Assembly (NCBI GenBank): GCA_019749935.1
Contig: JAIEPD010000002.1
Span: 10,892 to 74,891, forward strand
From: Alphaproteobacteria bacterium
Lineage (GTDB): Bacteria > Pseudomonadota > Alphaproteobacteria > Paracaedibacterales > CAIULA01
DNA length: 64,000 nucleotides
Direction of reading: 5' to 3'
Below the pieces are notes generated by a model. The model was not told the origin of the DNA. It saw nothing but the letters and a program-made list of their open reading frames with translations, and made no database searches. Each line of letters opens with the position of its first letter. Within the stretch, counting starts at the first letter, position 1. Both the position numbers and the translations under genes were made by a program. Below, one piece after another: positions 11,000-19,872 of this stretch.

Positions 11000-11767
11000 T
11001 TAGCTTACATCTGCCGGCAAATTTTGCGCCTTTTTATATTCTTGTATAACTTCTTTTGGAATTCCATCTCTTATGACTTGGCCCTTTTTCATCCACAAGC
11101 AACGCGTCGAAAGATCAGACAAAATTTTCAAGTCGTGCGAAATAATTAGGACTGTTTTGCCGCTCTTTACCATTTCTTTCATTTTTTTGACACTTTTTTG
11201 AGAAAAATCTAAATCACCTGCCCCCCATATTTCATCCAGAAAAATAATATCAGCTTCCAAGTGGGCGGCTACTGAAAAAGCAAGACGTACGGTCATTCCG
11301 CTTGAATAATATTTAACTGGAGTATGTATGAACTGCTCAACCCCCGAAAAATCAATAATTTCATCTAGCTTCTTTTTGATTTCATTTTCTTTCATTCCAA
11401 GGATTGCACCATTTAGATAGATATTTTCCATACCTGTAAGATCGGGGTGAAATCCAGTGCCAATCTCAAGCAGGGTTCCAACTCTTCCATAGACTTCGGC
11501 ATATCCAGATGAAGGTTGCACAATTCTCGCTAGAATCTTTAGTAATGTACTTTTGCCAGCGCCATTGTGCCCCAAAATTCCAAGAACTTCGCCTTGTTGT
11601 ATTGTGACTGATATATTATCAACAGCTAGAAATTTTTTTTTATTTGAACTTTCAGGCTTTCTTTTAAACCAATTTTGAAGAGTATGTTTAAGGGAATCTT
11701 CATGCACTTGCCCTAATTCATATTGTTTTGAAAGTTGATTAACAATAATTGCAGGTTTATTACTCAT
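11000..11767 (-). CDS. ABC transporter ATP-binding protein, polysaccharide/O-antigen export type (Wzt/TagH-like)
   Basis: 255 aa. Walker A GHNGAGKST, signature YSSGM, Walker B IIFLDE. Lies immediately downstream of an ABC-2 permease. Confidence 0.85.
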   Translation of the reverse strand: MSNKPAIIVNQLSKQYELGQVHEDSLKHTLQNWFKRKPESSNKKKFLAVDNISVTIQQGEVLGILGHNGAGKSTLLKILARIVQPSSGYAEVYGRVGTLLEIGTGFHPDLTGMENIYLNGAILGMKENEIKKKLDEIIDFSGVEQFIHTPVKYYSSGMTVRLAFSVAAHLEADIIFLDEIWGAGDLDFSQKSVKKMKEMVKSGKTVLIISHDLKILSDLSTRCLWMKKGQVIRDGIPKEVIQEYKKAQNLPADVS

Positions 11768-11772
11768 GCTTT

Positions 11773-12597
11773 TTAAACTTTATCAACGAGTGTACCTTCC
11801 ACCTTTTGAAAATAAAAAAGGCCGGTACAAAATAATAGAATTGAAATAATAACAGAGGTTATTATATAAGATGCTTTTGGTAAAGGGGTATCCAGCAAAG
11901 ACCAGCGAAAAAGTTCAACTTGAGCAACCAAGGGATTAAAATTATAAAGCCACATCCATCTTTCAGGTACTAAGCTACTTGGATACATAAGAGGAGTCGC
12001 AAACATCCAAATTTGCATCAAAAAAGGCAAAGCAGCTCTTACGTCACGAAATTGGGCGTCTAATGCACTTACCCAAAAAGTAACACCTGATCCTAATATG
12101 GTGATTAAGACAAGTATAGGAAGTGCAAAGAAAGCCGAAGAAGTAAGAGACACATCGTATATACATATCATGCCGATTAAAAGGATGCAGGCAATAAGAA
12201 AATCAATGCAGGCTCCAATAATAATGGATATAGGAATTAAAATGCGAGGAAAATAGACTTTGGTAAGCATTCCAATATAGCCACTTAAGCTGCTGCCACC
12301 CTGAGTTACCATGCGTGCGACGGATTGCCAAAGAATTAGTACAGAATAACTAAAAAGTGGGTAGGGAACACCGCCTGTTTCAACATGAAATATCCTTGAG
12401 AATACAAGACTAAAGATAGCCATCATGCTTAAAGGCTGGATAATATTCCAAAGACCGCCTAAGACGGTGTATCGGTATCTAATCTTAAGGTCTCTCTTAA
12501 CAAAGGTTTGCAAAAGATATTTGAAACGAATGATCTCTTTTAAACTTTCAAAAGAAAATACATTTTTATTTTGGCATACATAATGAGCTTTTGTCAT
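11773..12597 (-). CDS. ABC-2 type transporter permease (Wzm-like)
   Basis: 274 aa with about six hydrophobic segments. N-terminal LKIRYRYTVLGGLWNIIQP block typical of ABC-2 polysaccharide exporters. Confidence 0.8.
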   Translation of the reverse strand: MTKAHYVCQNKNVFSFESLKEIIRFKYLLQTFVKRDLKIRYRYTVLGGLWNIIQPLSMMAIFSLVFSRIFHVETGGVPYPLFSYSVLILWQSVARMVTQGGSSLSGYIGMLTKVYFPRILIPISIIIGACIDFLIACILLIGMICIYDVSLTSSAFFALPILVLITILGSGVTFWVSALDAQFRDVRAALPFLMQIWMFATPLMYPSSLVPERWMWLYNFNPLVAQVELFRWSLLDTPLPKASYIITSVIISILLFCTGLFYFQKVEGTLVDKV

Positions 12598-12635
12598 TTA
12601 TTATATACTTCTAGCTAATGCACTGTGCAACATAT

Positions 12636-13637
12636 TCAAGCAAATTTTAACGCATTAGATGCATCAGCCATTTGTTCATAAATCCATTCATAAGTTTTTC
12701 TCATGCCATCTTTTAGAGCAATTGATGGTTCCCAGTTTAATTCTTTTTTGATAAGCGTGTTGTCGCTATTACGTCCACGAACACCTTTTGGAGCCGATAA
12801 ATTGTAGTTTCTTTTTAATTTAATGCCAGCAATTTCTTCAACAATATCAACAAGCTGATTGATTGTAACAAGCTCAGAGCTTCCAAGATTGATTGGATAC
12901 TTAATGTTACTGTTCATAATGTCGAGAGTGCCCTTAAGGCAATCATCGATGTACATAAAACTGCGGGTTTGTTCTCCATCGCCCCAGATTTCAATTTGCC
13001 CTGTTTTATTCATTTGGGCTTCGATTACTTTCCGGCAGATAGCAGCAGGTGCTTTTTCGCGGCCACCATCATAAGTTCCCAAAGGACCGTAAACATTGTG
13101 ATAACGTGCTACTCTGCAAACGAGACCATAATCTTCATCAAAATGTCGGCACATTCTTTCGCTAAATAATTTTTCCCAGCCGTATCCGTCTTCTGCCATA
13201 GCTGGATATGCATCTTCTTCTTTTAAGGCAGTTACATGTGCATCTGTTTGTTTATACGCTGCGTACACACAAGCTGAAGAGGAAAAGAAGAAACGCTTTG
13301 CTTTATGGTGCTCTGCTGCCATAAGCATGTGCGTGTTAACTAATGAAGATAACATACATAAAGCTTTATTATGTTCTATAAAACCCATGCCGCCCATATC
13401 GGCAGCTAAGTTGAAAATATAATCTGCATTTTCACAAACAGAGTAACAAGCCTCTTTTTCTTTCAGATCTAGCTGTTTGTTATCGGCTTTTGAATTAATT
13501 TGATACCATTGTGAAAAGGGCTTAATATCTGCAGCTCTTAAGTTAGTATAGCCCTGATTTGAAAGGTGACTTATAAGAGCACCCCCAATAAATCCACCAG
13601 CTCCAGTCACAACTATTTTTGCAGTCTTTTCTAACAT
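12636..13637 (-). CDS. NAD-dependent sugar-nucleotide epimerase/dehydratase
   Basis: 333 aa extended SDR. VTGAGGFIGGAL Rossmann motif and a YxxxK catalytic motif (YAAYK). Confidence 0.8.
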   Translation of the reverse strand: MLEKTAKIVVTGAGGFIGGALISHLSNQGYTNLRAADIKPFSQWYQINSKADNKQLDLKEKEACYSVCENADYIFNLAADMGGMGFIEHNKALCMLSSLVNTHMLMAAEHHKAKRFFFSSSACVYAAYKQTDAHVTALKEEDAYPAMAEDGYGWEKLFSERMCRHFDEDYGLVCRVARYHNVYGPLGTYDGGREKAPAAICRKVIEAQMNKTGQIEIWGDGEQTRSFMYIDDCLKGTLDIMNSNIKYPINLGSSELVTINQLVDIVEEIAGIKLKRNYNLSAPKGVRGRNSDNTLIKKELNWEPSIALKDGMRKTYEWIYEQMADASNALKFA

Positions 13638-13757
13638 TAATCTACCTTTTCACTTAAAAAATATCTCTTATTTTCGATTAGAAAATTTAACGAGTTTTCA
13701 TAATATTCGGTCTAACCTATTTAATCTAGCATTTTTTACTTTTCTACAGCTTCACTG

Positions 13758-14291
13758 TTATAACAGTTTTGCAATTTCAGGATTATGCAAGACAAGAAAG
13801 ATTGTGGCTATGTGATGAGTTACGATTTCCCCTTGGATAGCCATTTGCACAAGTTCGTCAATAGTGACTAGTTTTGATTGAACATCAACTTCTGGAATAA
13901 ACTTATGGCTCTGATCTTTGATGGCTGTTACAAAAAAAGAATGAATATAATTTTCTAATCTTCCAGGATCTGGGACATTTTTCCCTAAATAATGGATTTT
14001 TTGCGCGGTTAGACCCGTTTCTTCAAAAAGTTCTGCTTTACATGCCATCTCTAGGGTCTGATCCTTATCAACAAGCCCCGCAGGTAATTCCCAGGTATGT
14101 TTTTCAACACCTACTCTAAATTGTCGTACAAGTGGAATTTTTTTGTCTTCTGTTAAAGCAAAAACATCAACATAATCGTTTTGTTTTAAACAATGATAAA
14201 TGGCCTGTCCTGAATTTAATTGAACCGTTTTTTCAGCCAATGTTAGCCACGGAGATAAAACTGTTTCTTTTCTGTGAATTACTTTTTCCAT
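13758..14291 (-). CDS. NUDIX hydrolase (ADP-ribose pyrophosphatase-like)
   Basis: 177 aa. Nudix box in ELPAGLVDKDQTLEMACKAELFEETGL. Confidence 0.8.
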   Translation of the reverse strand: MEKVIHRKETVLSPWLTLAEKTVQLNSGQAIYHCLKQNDYVDVFALTEDKKIPLVRQFRVGVEKHTWELPAGLVDKDQTLEMACKAELFEETGLTAQKIHYLGKNVPDPGRLENYIHSFFVTAIKDQSHKFIPEVDVQSKLVTIDELVQMAIQGEIVTHHIATIFLVLHNPEIAKLL

Positions 14292-14308
14292 TAATTATCC
14301 TTAATTTA

Positions 14309-14902
14309 TTATAAATAACCTGCTTTTTCTCTTTCTTTTCTGACCCATAACCTAAAAGCTTGGAGCTCATTTGGCTCATCAAAGACTCTTAAGTCTATGC
14401 ATTTATCGGGATATAGAACCCCATCTAAATGGTCATATTCATGCTGAAAAACTCTCGCTTGGATACCTTCAAGTTCTGTATTGATTTCTTTGCCATCAAT
14501 TGTTTGATAAGAGCATCTTATTCTTTTATATCTCATAACATTGCCATAAGTATTAGGCACGGAAAAGCAGGCTTCCCAATGAGCCTCCATCTCATCATCA
14601 ACGGGTTTATACGCGGGGTTAATAATAGGAATAATGGTTTCTATCTTCCAATCAAACGAACAAATAAAAAGCCTTTTTGAAATACCCACCTGCGGCGCAG
14701 CAAGACCGAATCCACCTCCTGCAGCCTTGATACTTTCAAAGAGTTGTAAGGCAATTGTTTTTGTCTGAAGTGATGTGGGATCTTCAATTGGTTCTGCTCT
14801 TTTTCTAAGGATAGGGTCATCTGTAGAAGTAAAGGGAAGAGGAGGGGGAATATCACTTTGAAGCTCAAGAGAGATTTTTTCCATAATTGATAATGCGCTC
14901 AT
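14309..14902 (-). CDS. def: peptide deformylase
   Basis: 197 aa. PDF motif 1 GFGLAAPQVG, motif 2 EACFS (a variant of EGCLS), motif 3 QHEYDHLDG. Confidence 0.85.
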   Translation of the reverse strand: MSALSIMEKISLELQSDIPPPLPFTSTDDPILRKRAEPIEDPTSLQTKTIALQLFESIKAAGGGFGLAAPQVGISKRLFICSFDWKIETIIPIINPAYKPVDDEMEAHWEACFSVPNTYGNVMRYKRIRCSYQTIDGKEINTELEGIQARVFQHEYDHLDGVLYPDKCIDLRVFDEPNELQAFRLWVRKEREKAGYL

Positions 14903-14947
14903 ATCCCTTAGCCTCTTTAAAAAATGTTACACCACATTATAATCATG

Positions 14948-15130
14948 TATACCCAATGAATTTCAAGAGACCTGCAGAAAAACGAGAACCGCAAGTGTAT
15001 ATAAAATATTGTGGCTTAGGCTGCTCTCTTTTAAACATAAAGTGTTTAAAAGAGTTAAGCAGGCTTGGCCGCAAAAGCACCGCAGATTTCGATGTTTTTT
15101 GAACAGGTATCTTGAAAGACGAAGGGTATA
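14948..15130 (-). repeat. MITE-like palindromic repeat, family A, copy A1 (inverted orientation, with internal insertion)
   Basis: Ends TATACCCAATGAATTTCAA ... TTGAAAGACGAAGGGTATA. The first 19 nt are identical to the reverse complement of the 49692-49819 copy. Contains an internal perfect 12-bp stem at 15026-15054. Confidence 0.75.
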
Positions 15131-15201
15131 ACGGATGGGAGTGAAAATATTTTTGTGATATATATTCTATCAATGACCAGATTTTTAGATTGGTATTTTA
15201 A

Positions 15202-15726
15202 GTGACATCGCAAGTTGTTTTTCTATCACTACATGAGTTTAAAGAAAAGCTAAAGATTCACCGATTAGAAGGAAAAATGTTTGCCTCACCTTATGGTTCA
15301 GCAGAATTAAGAATGTTGGATGGTTTCATTTGCGCTCTTGCTTTTACTGATCAGAAACCTCTTGATCAATGGATTTATGACTGTCCATATAAAGAGAATG
15401 CATCCTTAATACAAAATCAAGATTTAACAAAAAATCCCCAAAAGCTGATGCTTGTCGGGACGCCTTTTCAACATCAAGTCTGGCAAGAACTCTTAAAAAT
15501 TCCTCGTGGTGTAGTAAAGTTTTATAAAGATATTGCAAACTCTTTGGGTGATTCTAACAAATGCAGGGCAGTTGGATCAGCTGTAGGATCTAATCCTATC
15601 AGCTGGCTTGTGCCTTGCCATCGTGTTTTACCTAAAAGTGGAGGCATAGGTAACTATCATTGGGGTTCAGAAATTAAAGAGAAACTTTTAAGGGATGAAG
15701 GGTATGTATTCAAAACCAACACTTAA
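15202..15726 (+). CDS. ogt: methylated-DNA--protein-cysteine methyltransferase
   Basis: 174 aa. Active-site PCHRV motif (LVPCHRVL) and an upstream helix-turn-helix block (QHQVWQELLKIPRGVVKFYKDIA). Confidence 0.85.
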   Translation: MTSQVVFLSLHEFKEKLKIHRLEGKMFASPYGSAELRMLDGFICALAFTDQKPLDQWIYDCPYKENASLIQNQDLTKNPQKLMLVGTPFQHQVWQELLKIPRGVVKFYKDIANSLGDSNKCRAVGSAVGSNPISWLVPCHRVLPKSGGIGNYHWGSEIKEKLLRDEGYVFKTNT

Positions 15727-16867
15727 GCCAAATTGTCCAAATTTTGGCTCTGGACCCACAAAAAAGCACCCTGGATGGCATATAGAAGAATTATCCAATG
15801 CACTTGTGGGCCGCTCTCACAGATCCATACAAGGAAAAGAAAGACTTCGCCAAGTTATCGACCTTACACGCTCGGTCCTAGGTGTTCCAAAAGATTATAG
15901 AATTGGTATTTTGCCAGGCTCTGCTACATGTGCTGTTGAGTGCGCCTTATGGTCTCTGCTCGGAGCTAGAAACGTTGATGTCATGTCTTTCGATGTTTTT
16001 GGAAAGGTTTGGCTAATTGACATTTTAGAAGAATTAAAGCTAGAGAATGCAAGATCATTAGGTGCTGATTTTGGAGATCTTCCGGATTTAAAAGCTTATA
16101 ATCCGGATCGTGATTTAGTCTTTACATGGAATGGCACAACATCTGGAACTTGTATCCCTAATGGAGATTGGATTCCTGAAAATCGTAAAGGGCTAACGAT
16201 TTGCGACGCAACTTCTGCAGCATTTTGTGTTGAGCTTCCATGGGAAAAACTTGATGTGACTGCTTATTCTTGGCAGAAAGGTTTAGGGGGAGAAGCTGCT
16301 CATGGGATACTGATCTTAAGCCCAAGAGCTGTGGAACGTCTTGAATCTTACACGCCAACCTGGCCTATCCCACGCTTATTCCGTCTTACCTATAAGGGGA
16401 AGTTGATTGAAAACATCTTTAAGGGCGATACGATTAATACCCCTTCAATGTTATGTGTTGAAGATTGCCTCCATGCCCTTACATGGGCAGAATCTATTGG
16501 AGGATTATCTGCATTAGTAAAACGTTGTAAGGATAATTTTGGTGTGATTAAAAAATGGGTAGAGCGTACATCATGGGTCGAGTTTATGGCGAGCTCTGAT
16601 TTAGTTACTTCGCCAGTCTCGGTATGTTTAGTTTTGCCCTCTTTAAAAGATAAAGAAGAAAAATCCAGCCGTGATTTTTTGCAAAGTATGGCTACTCTTT
16701 TGCGTCAACAGGCGGTGGCGTTTGATTTTGTGAATCATGCGTATTCTCCTCCGTCGCTTCGGGTTTGGTGTGGTCCGACGGTTGAGAAAGCTGATCTTGA
16801 GGCTTTTCTTCCTTGGCTTGATTGGGCTTATGCTTCTTTTCAGAACCTTCTGCAAGATCTTCCCTAA
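15695..16867 (+). CDS. serC: phosphoserine aminotransferase
   Basis: 390 aa, the long alphaproteobacterial-type SerC. PLP-enzyme blocks (GILPGSATCAVE, YSWQKGLGGEAAHGILILSPRAVE). The start overlaps the ogt 3' end; an alternative ATG lies at 15704. Confidence 0.8.
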   Translation: MKGMYSKPTLKPNCPNFGSGPTKKHPGWHIEELSNALVGRSHRSIQGKERLRQVIDLTRSVLGVPKDYRIGILPGSATCAVECALWSLLGARNVDVMSFDVFGKVWLIDILEELKLENARSLGADFGDLPDLKAYNPDRDLVFTWNGTTSGTCIPNGDWIPENRKGLTICDATSAAFCVELPWEKLDVTAYSWQKGLGGEAAHGILILSPRAVERLESYTPTWPIPRLFRLTYKGKLIENIFKGDTINTPSMLCVEDCLHALTWAESIGGLSALVKRCKDNFGVIKKWVERTSWVEFMASSDLVTSPVSVCLVLPSLKDKEEKSSRDFLQSMATLLRQQAVAFDFVNHAYSPPSLRVWCGPTVEKADLEAFLPWLDWAYASFQNLLQDLP

Positions 16868-17615
16868 GGCCCTCTGGTTTTACCCAATCTTCTTGTAGTT
16901 CATCGTTTATATAAAATGCTGGGACATAATCCAGCATTTCTCCGTTTTTCTTTAGGGCTAACAAATGACTAGAGGCTAGTGACTTTTCAATCTCAGGGGT
17001 TGACTTTAGAGCACTTAAGATATCTTTTACTGTCCATCCGTTTTCAATGCAGAAAAGTTTTACAAAAGCAAACTCATCCTCATGCGTAATTTTTAAATCA
17101 GTCTCTATCTTTTTTTCGTCTATGTTTAATTTTTGTGCAGCTTCTGCAATTTTTTCTTTTAACAGTTTTTCTTTATGCTGCTCATCTTCAAAAGTGGGAG
17201 CTAACCATTTATCTTGATTTTCCAAAAAGAGCTTAACAATTTCTTGAAATTTGTCTTTTCCGTGAAAGAGAGCAATTTTACCAACGGCAAAATCTAAAGG
17301 ATAAAAGGGAAGAATGCGCATGATAAACTTTACTTTTCCAGTTTGAATGAATTCTTTATCAATTTCCGGAAGAATGTTTTTTTCATAATCAGCACAATGA
17401 TGGCAGGTTGGCGCAAAGTACATAATAACAGTTTCTTTTGCGTCCGAATTTCCTAAGACAATTTCAGGAGGCATGATTTTGCTACTTTGTGACTCAGCTT
17501 CAAGAACCTTGACTGGAGATGTTTGCACAAGGGGAAGCTCAGTGGGCGGGCGTTTTGTAAAAAAGGCCACAACTAAAGCAACTCCAATGATTCCAAGTAA
17601 TATCAAATAGCGCAT
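16692..17615 (-). CDS. DsbA-family thiol:disulfide oxidoreductase with low-complexity C-terminal tail
   Basis: 307 aa. N-terminal signal anchor (MRYLILLGIIGVALVVAFF) and a thioredoxin-fold CxxC (APTCHHCADY). The last ~58 codons are antisense to the serC 3' end. Confidence 0.7.
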   Translation of the reverse strand: MRYLILLGIIGVALVVAFFTKRPPTELPLVQTSPVKVLEAESQSSKIMPPEIVLGNSDAKETVIMYFAPTCHHCADYEKNILPEIDKEFIQTGKVKFIMRILPFYPLDFAVGKIALFHGKDKFQEIVKLFLENQDKWLAPTFEDEQHKEKLLKEKIAEAAQKLNIDEKKIETDLKITHEDEFAFVKLFCIENGWTVKDILSALKSTPEIEKSLASSHLLALKKNGEMLDYVPAFYINDELQEDWVKPEGLREDLAEGSEKKHKPNQAKEEKPQDQLSQPSDHTKPEATEENTHDSQNQTPPPVDAKE

Positions 17616-17701
17616 TTAATGATCTTCTTCTTTGACTTTTAACTTTATTCTTATCATAGTATTCCTTAAGATTTTATAAATCTCCAGTGTTTTTAAGTTT
17701 T

Positions 17702-18643
17702 ATGAATTCACCTTATCGTATTGGCACCCGAAAATCTCCCTTAGCACTTAAGCAAACGGACATACTGATAAGCGTTTTGCAAACTACGTATAGCAAAGAT
17801 TTACGCATCCAAAATCCTGAAATTGTAGGGATTACAACCACAGGCGATCGTGCCCAAGGCAAGAGTTTAGCTGAAATAGGTGGAAAATCTTTGTTTGTCA
17901 AAGAAATCGAACAAGCCTTATTGGAAAAACGTATTGATTTTGGAGTTCATTCCTTAAAGGATGTGGAAGCAAACCTTCATCCACAATTTCATCTTGCTTG
18001 TTTTCTAGAGCGTGAAATTGTTAATGATGTTTTGATTGTAAAAAATGCACCCGATAATGTTTCTATTAAAAATCTAAAGCCAGGGGCAATCGTTGGAACG
18101 TGTTCACCAAGGCGAAAGGCACAGCTATTAGATTTGCGTCCAGATTTAAAGATTGTTCCTTTAACAGGTAATATCTTAACCCGTCTATCAAAGCTTGAAG
18201 AAGGACCGTTTGATGCAATTGTTTTAGCCTTTGCTGGTTTAAAACGATTGGATCTTATAGAAAATGAGGGGAGCTTGAAAGTGTATTCAAATTTAAAAAG
18301 CTGTCTTTTGTCGTTAGAGGAAATGATTCCTGCCGTAGGTCAGGGCGTTTTGGTTGCAGAAGTGTTGAAAAATGATAAGGAAACATTCCAATTTTTAAAT
18401 GCCATTAATCATGAAAAGACCGAAGTTTGCATAAGGGCCGAAAGAGCCTTATTAAGAGAAATGGGTGGAGATTGCAAAACACCCATTGCGGCTTACTGTT
18501 CTTTTCAATCATCAAGCGAGTTAATTTTAAAGGCGTTTTATGCCCCTTTGACATTAGAAAATCCAATCCGTATTGAGATATCTGGAGTGGATCCTGAAGA
18601 GCTTGGAGTCAGAGCGGCTAGGGAACTTAAGAAAAAAATTTAA
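17702..18643 (+). CDS. hemC: hydroxymethylbilane synthase (porphobilinogen deaminase)
   Basis: YRIGTRKSPLALKQT N-terminus, GNILTRL, and a C-terminal dipyrromethane Cys context (GGDCKTPIAAY). I place the start at the ATG 15 nt inside the tracked GTG ORF. Confidence 0.9.
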   Translation: MNSPYRIGTRKSPLALKQTDILISVLQTTYSKDLRIQNPEIVGITTTGDRAQGKSLAEIGGKSLFVKEIEQALLEKRIDFGVHSLKDVEANLHPQFHLACFLEREIVNDVLIVKNAPDNVSIKNLKPGAIVGTCSPRRKAQLLDLRPDLKIVPLTGNILTRLSKLEEGPFDAIVLAFAGLKRLDLIENEGSLKVYSNLKSCLLSLEEMIPAVGQGVLVAEVLKNDKETFQFLNAINHEKTEVCIRAERALLREMGGDCKTPIAAYCSFQSSSELILKAFYAPLTLENPIRIEISGVDPEELGVRAARELKKKI

Positions 18644-18654
18644 AAGATTAAATT

Positions 18655-19653
18655 CTACAAAACTCCCACATACCACTTTGAGGATACAGACAAGCCATTC
18701 TTTTCCAAAAATTCACTCTTAGCGTGATCATGATTTCCGCAAACAATGACAACTTGATCCGGTTTGAATCCTTTAAGTTTTGATAGTAATGCACCACCAC
18801 AACGCTGCCATAAAGAAGGATCTTTTACACAAAAGTCATCGATCATCAACGTTGTTCCAGAGTTATAAACTTCGGGAGCTTTGACCCATTCGGCGATAAT
18901 AAACCCTAATGTTTCATCTGTTTTGTTCTTTACCACAAATAAAAGGTGATCCTCCCTTTTCAACAACTCCTCGAACCAATCTGTTTGTACAGAATTAGCA
19001 TTATCAGAACATTTCCAAAACTGTGGTTGAGCCCCTTCGTATGATTTACGTTTTTGCTCTGACAAGAGGACCATATCAGAAATATCAGAAGCCGTTGCTT
19101 TATACGCTGTGATTGGCTCTAGATCTGTAATCAAATTTTCAGATGAAAAAGACAAAATATGCCGATAAGGCTGATCTTTGTCATAATCAATTTTCTTTAT
19201 ATCTTCGCTGAATTGATTGTTTGAGAAATTCTTTATAGATTTTCGCCAAAACTTAAGGGCAGGGGTGTTCTCTGGGATGATTGAAATTTCCCAATTTCCA
19301 GTAAACATCCTCCATATTTCTTTTGCTGCTTTAAATCCAATGCCTTTTCCTTGAAATTTGGCCAGGATAAAAAACTCACCTATATTCCAATCTGTTTTTG
19401 GACATGTGCCCTCTTTATGAATCAATATAAACCCAGCCAGCTCATCATTAACTTTTATCAAATAAGCATGCCTGTCTTTTTCCTCAAAATAGCATTTATA
19501 GTCAAAACTTTCATAAAGACCATTTTTGGGCGCAGACCAGTCATTTGATATAAACCCACATGTGCGCGATAAATCATACACATAAAACCTAGCCAGATTT
19601 TGAATGCAAAGGTAATCTTCAAGCGTGGCTTTAACGAGAGTTGGGTGCATCAC
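18655..19653 (-). CDS. GNAT-family N-acetyltransferase, two-domain
   Basis: 332 aa. GNAT core-like segment (FILAKFQGKGIGFKAAKEIW) in the N-terminal half and a second acetyltransferase-like half. Substrate unknown. Confidence 0.6.
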   Translation of the reverse strand: MMHPTLVKATLEDYLCIQNLARFYVYDLSRTCGFISNDWSAPKNGLYESFDYKCYFEEKDRHAYLIKVNDELAGFILIHKEGTCPKTDWNIGEFFILAKFQGKGIGFKAAKEIWRMFTGNWEISIIPENTPALKFWRKSIKNFSNNQFSEDIKKIDYDKDQPYRHILSFSSENLITDLEPITAYKATASDISDMVLLSEQKRKSYEGAQPQFWKCSDNANSVQTDWFEELLKREDHLLFVVKNKTDETLGFIIAEWVKAPEVYNSGTTLMIDDFCVKDPSLWQRCGGALLSKLKGFKPDQVVIVCGNHDHAKSEFLEKNGLSVSSKWYVGVL

Positions 19654-19872
19654 TAAAACTTCCTTAACGGTGAAAATTTGCCTCGATTCTATTATCGCTT
19701 ATTTTCTCTTTTGTAAAATCCTCTCTGTCAAATACTTTTGCTGCTTTTCTCAGTATCCGTTCAATATTTTTTTGTAACTCATTTTTCTTGTATAGGGTCT
19801 TAAATAAATATTGAATTATACCATAATGTTTATATATATATGTTGAATGACTATTCATTAAGGATTAATATA

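Noticed and set aside
14309-14902. Peptide deformylase with motif 2 EACFS instead of EGCLS, as a possibly inactive paralog
   Set aside because: The metal-ligand Cys and both His of HEYDH are present and motif 1 is intact. The substitutions are conservative, so there are no grounds to call it non-functional.
14887-15173. ORFs 14887-15102 (+) and 14943-15173 (-) in the def-ogt spacer
   Set aside because: They lie entirely within the family A repeat copy. The other copies of the element do not conserve any reading frame, so these are by-products of the repeat, not genes.
18655-19858. Small ORF 19664-19858 (-) plus the GNAT gene as a GNAT-toxin/antitoxin pair; likewise the tandem GNATs at 35564-36476
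   Set aside because: The 64-aa ORF is K/I/Y-rich AT-driven sequence with no RHH/DUF1778-like features. The adjacent GNAT is a 332-aa two-domain protein, unlike the ~170-aa TacT/AtaT toxins. The tandem GNATs have no antitoxin-sized partner.
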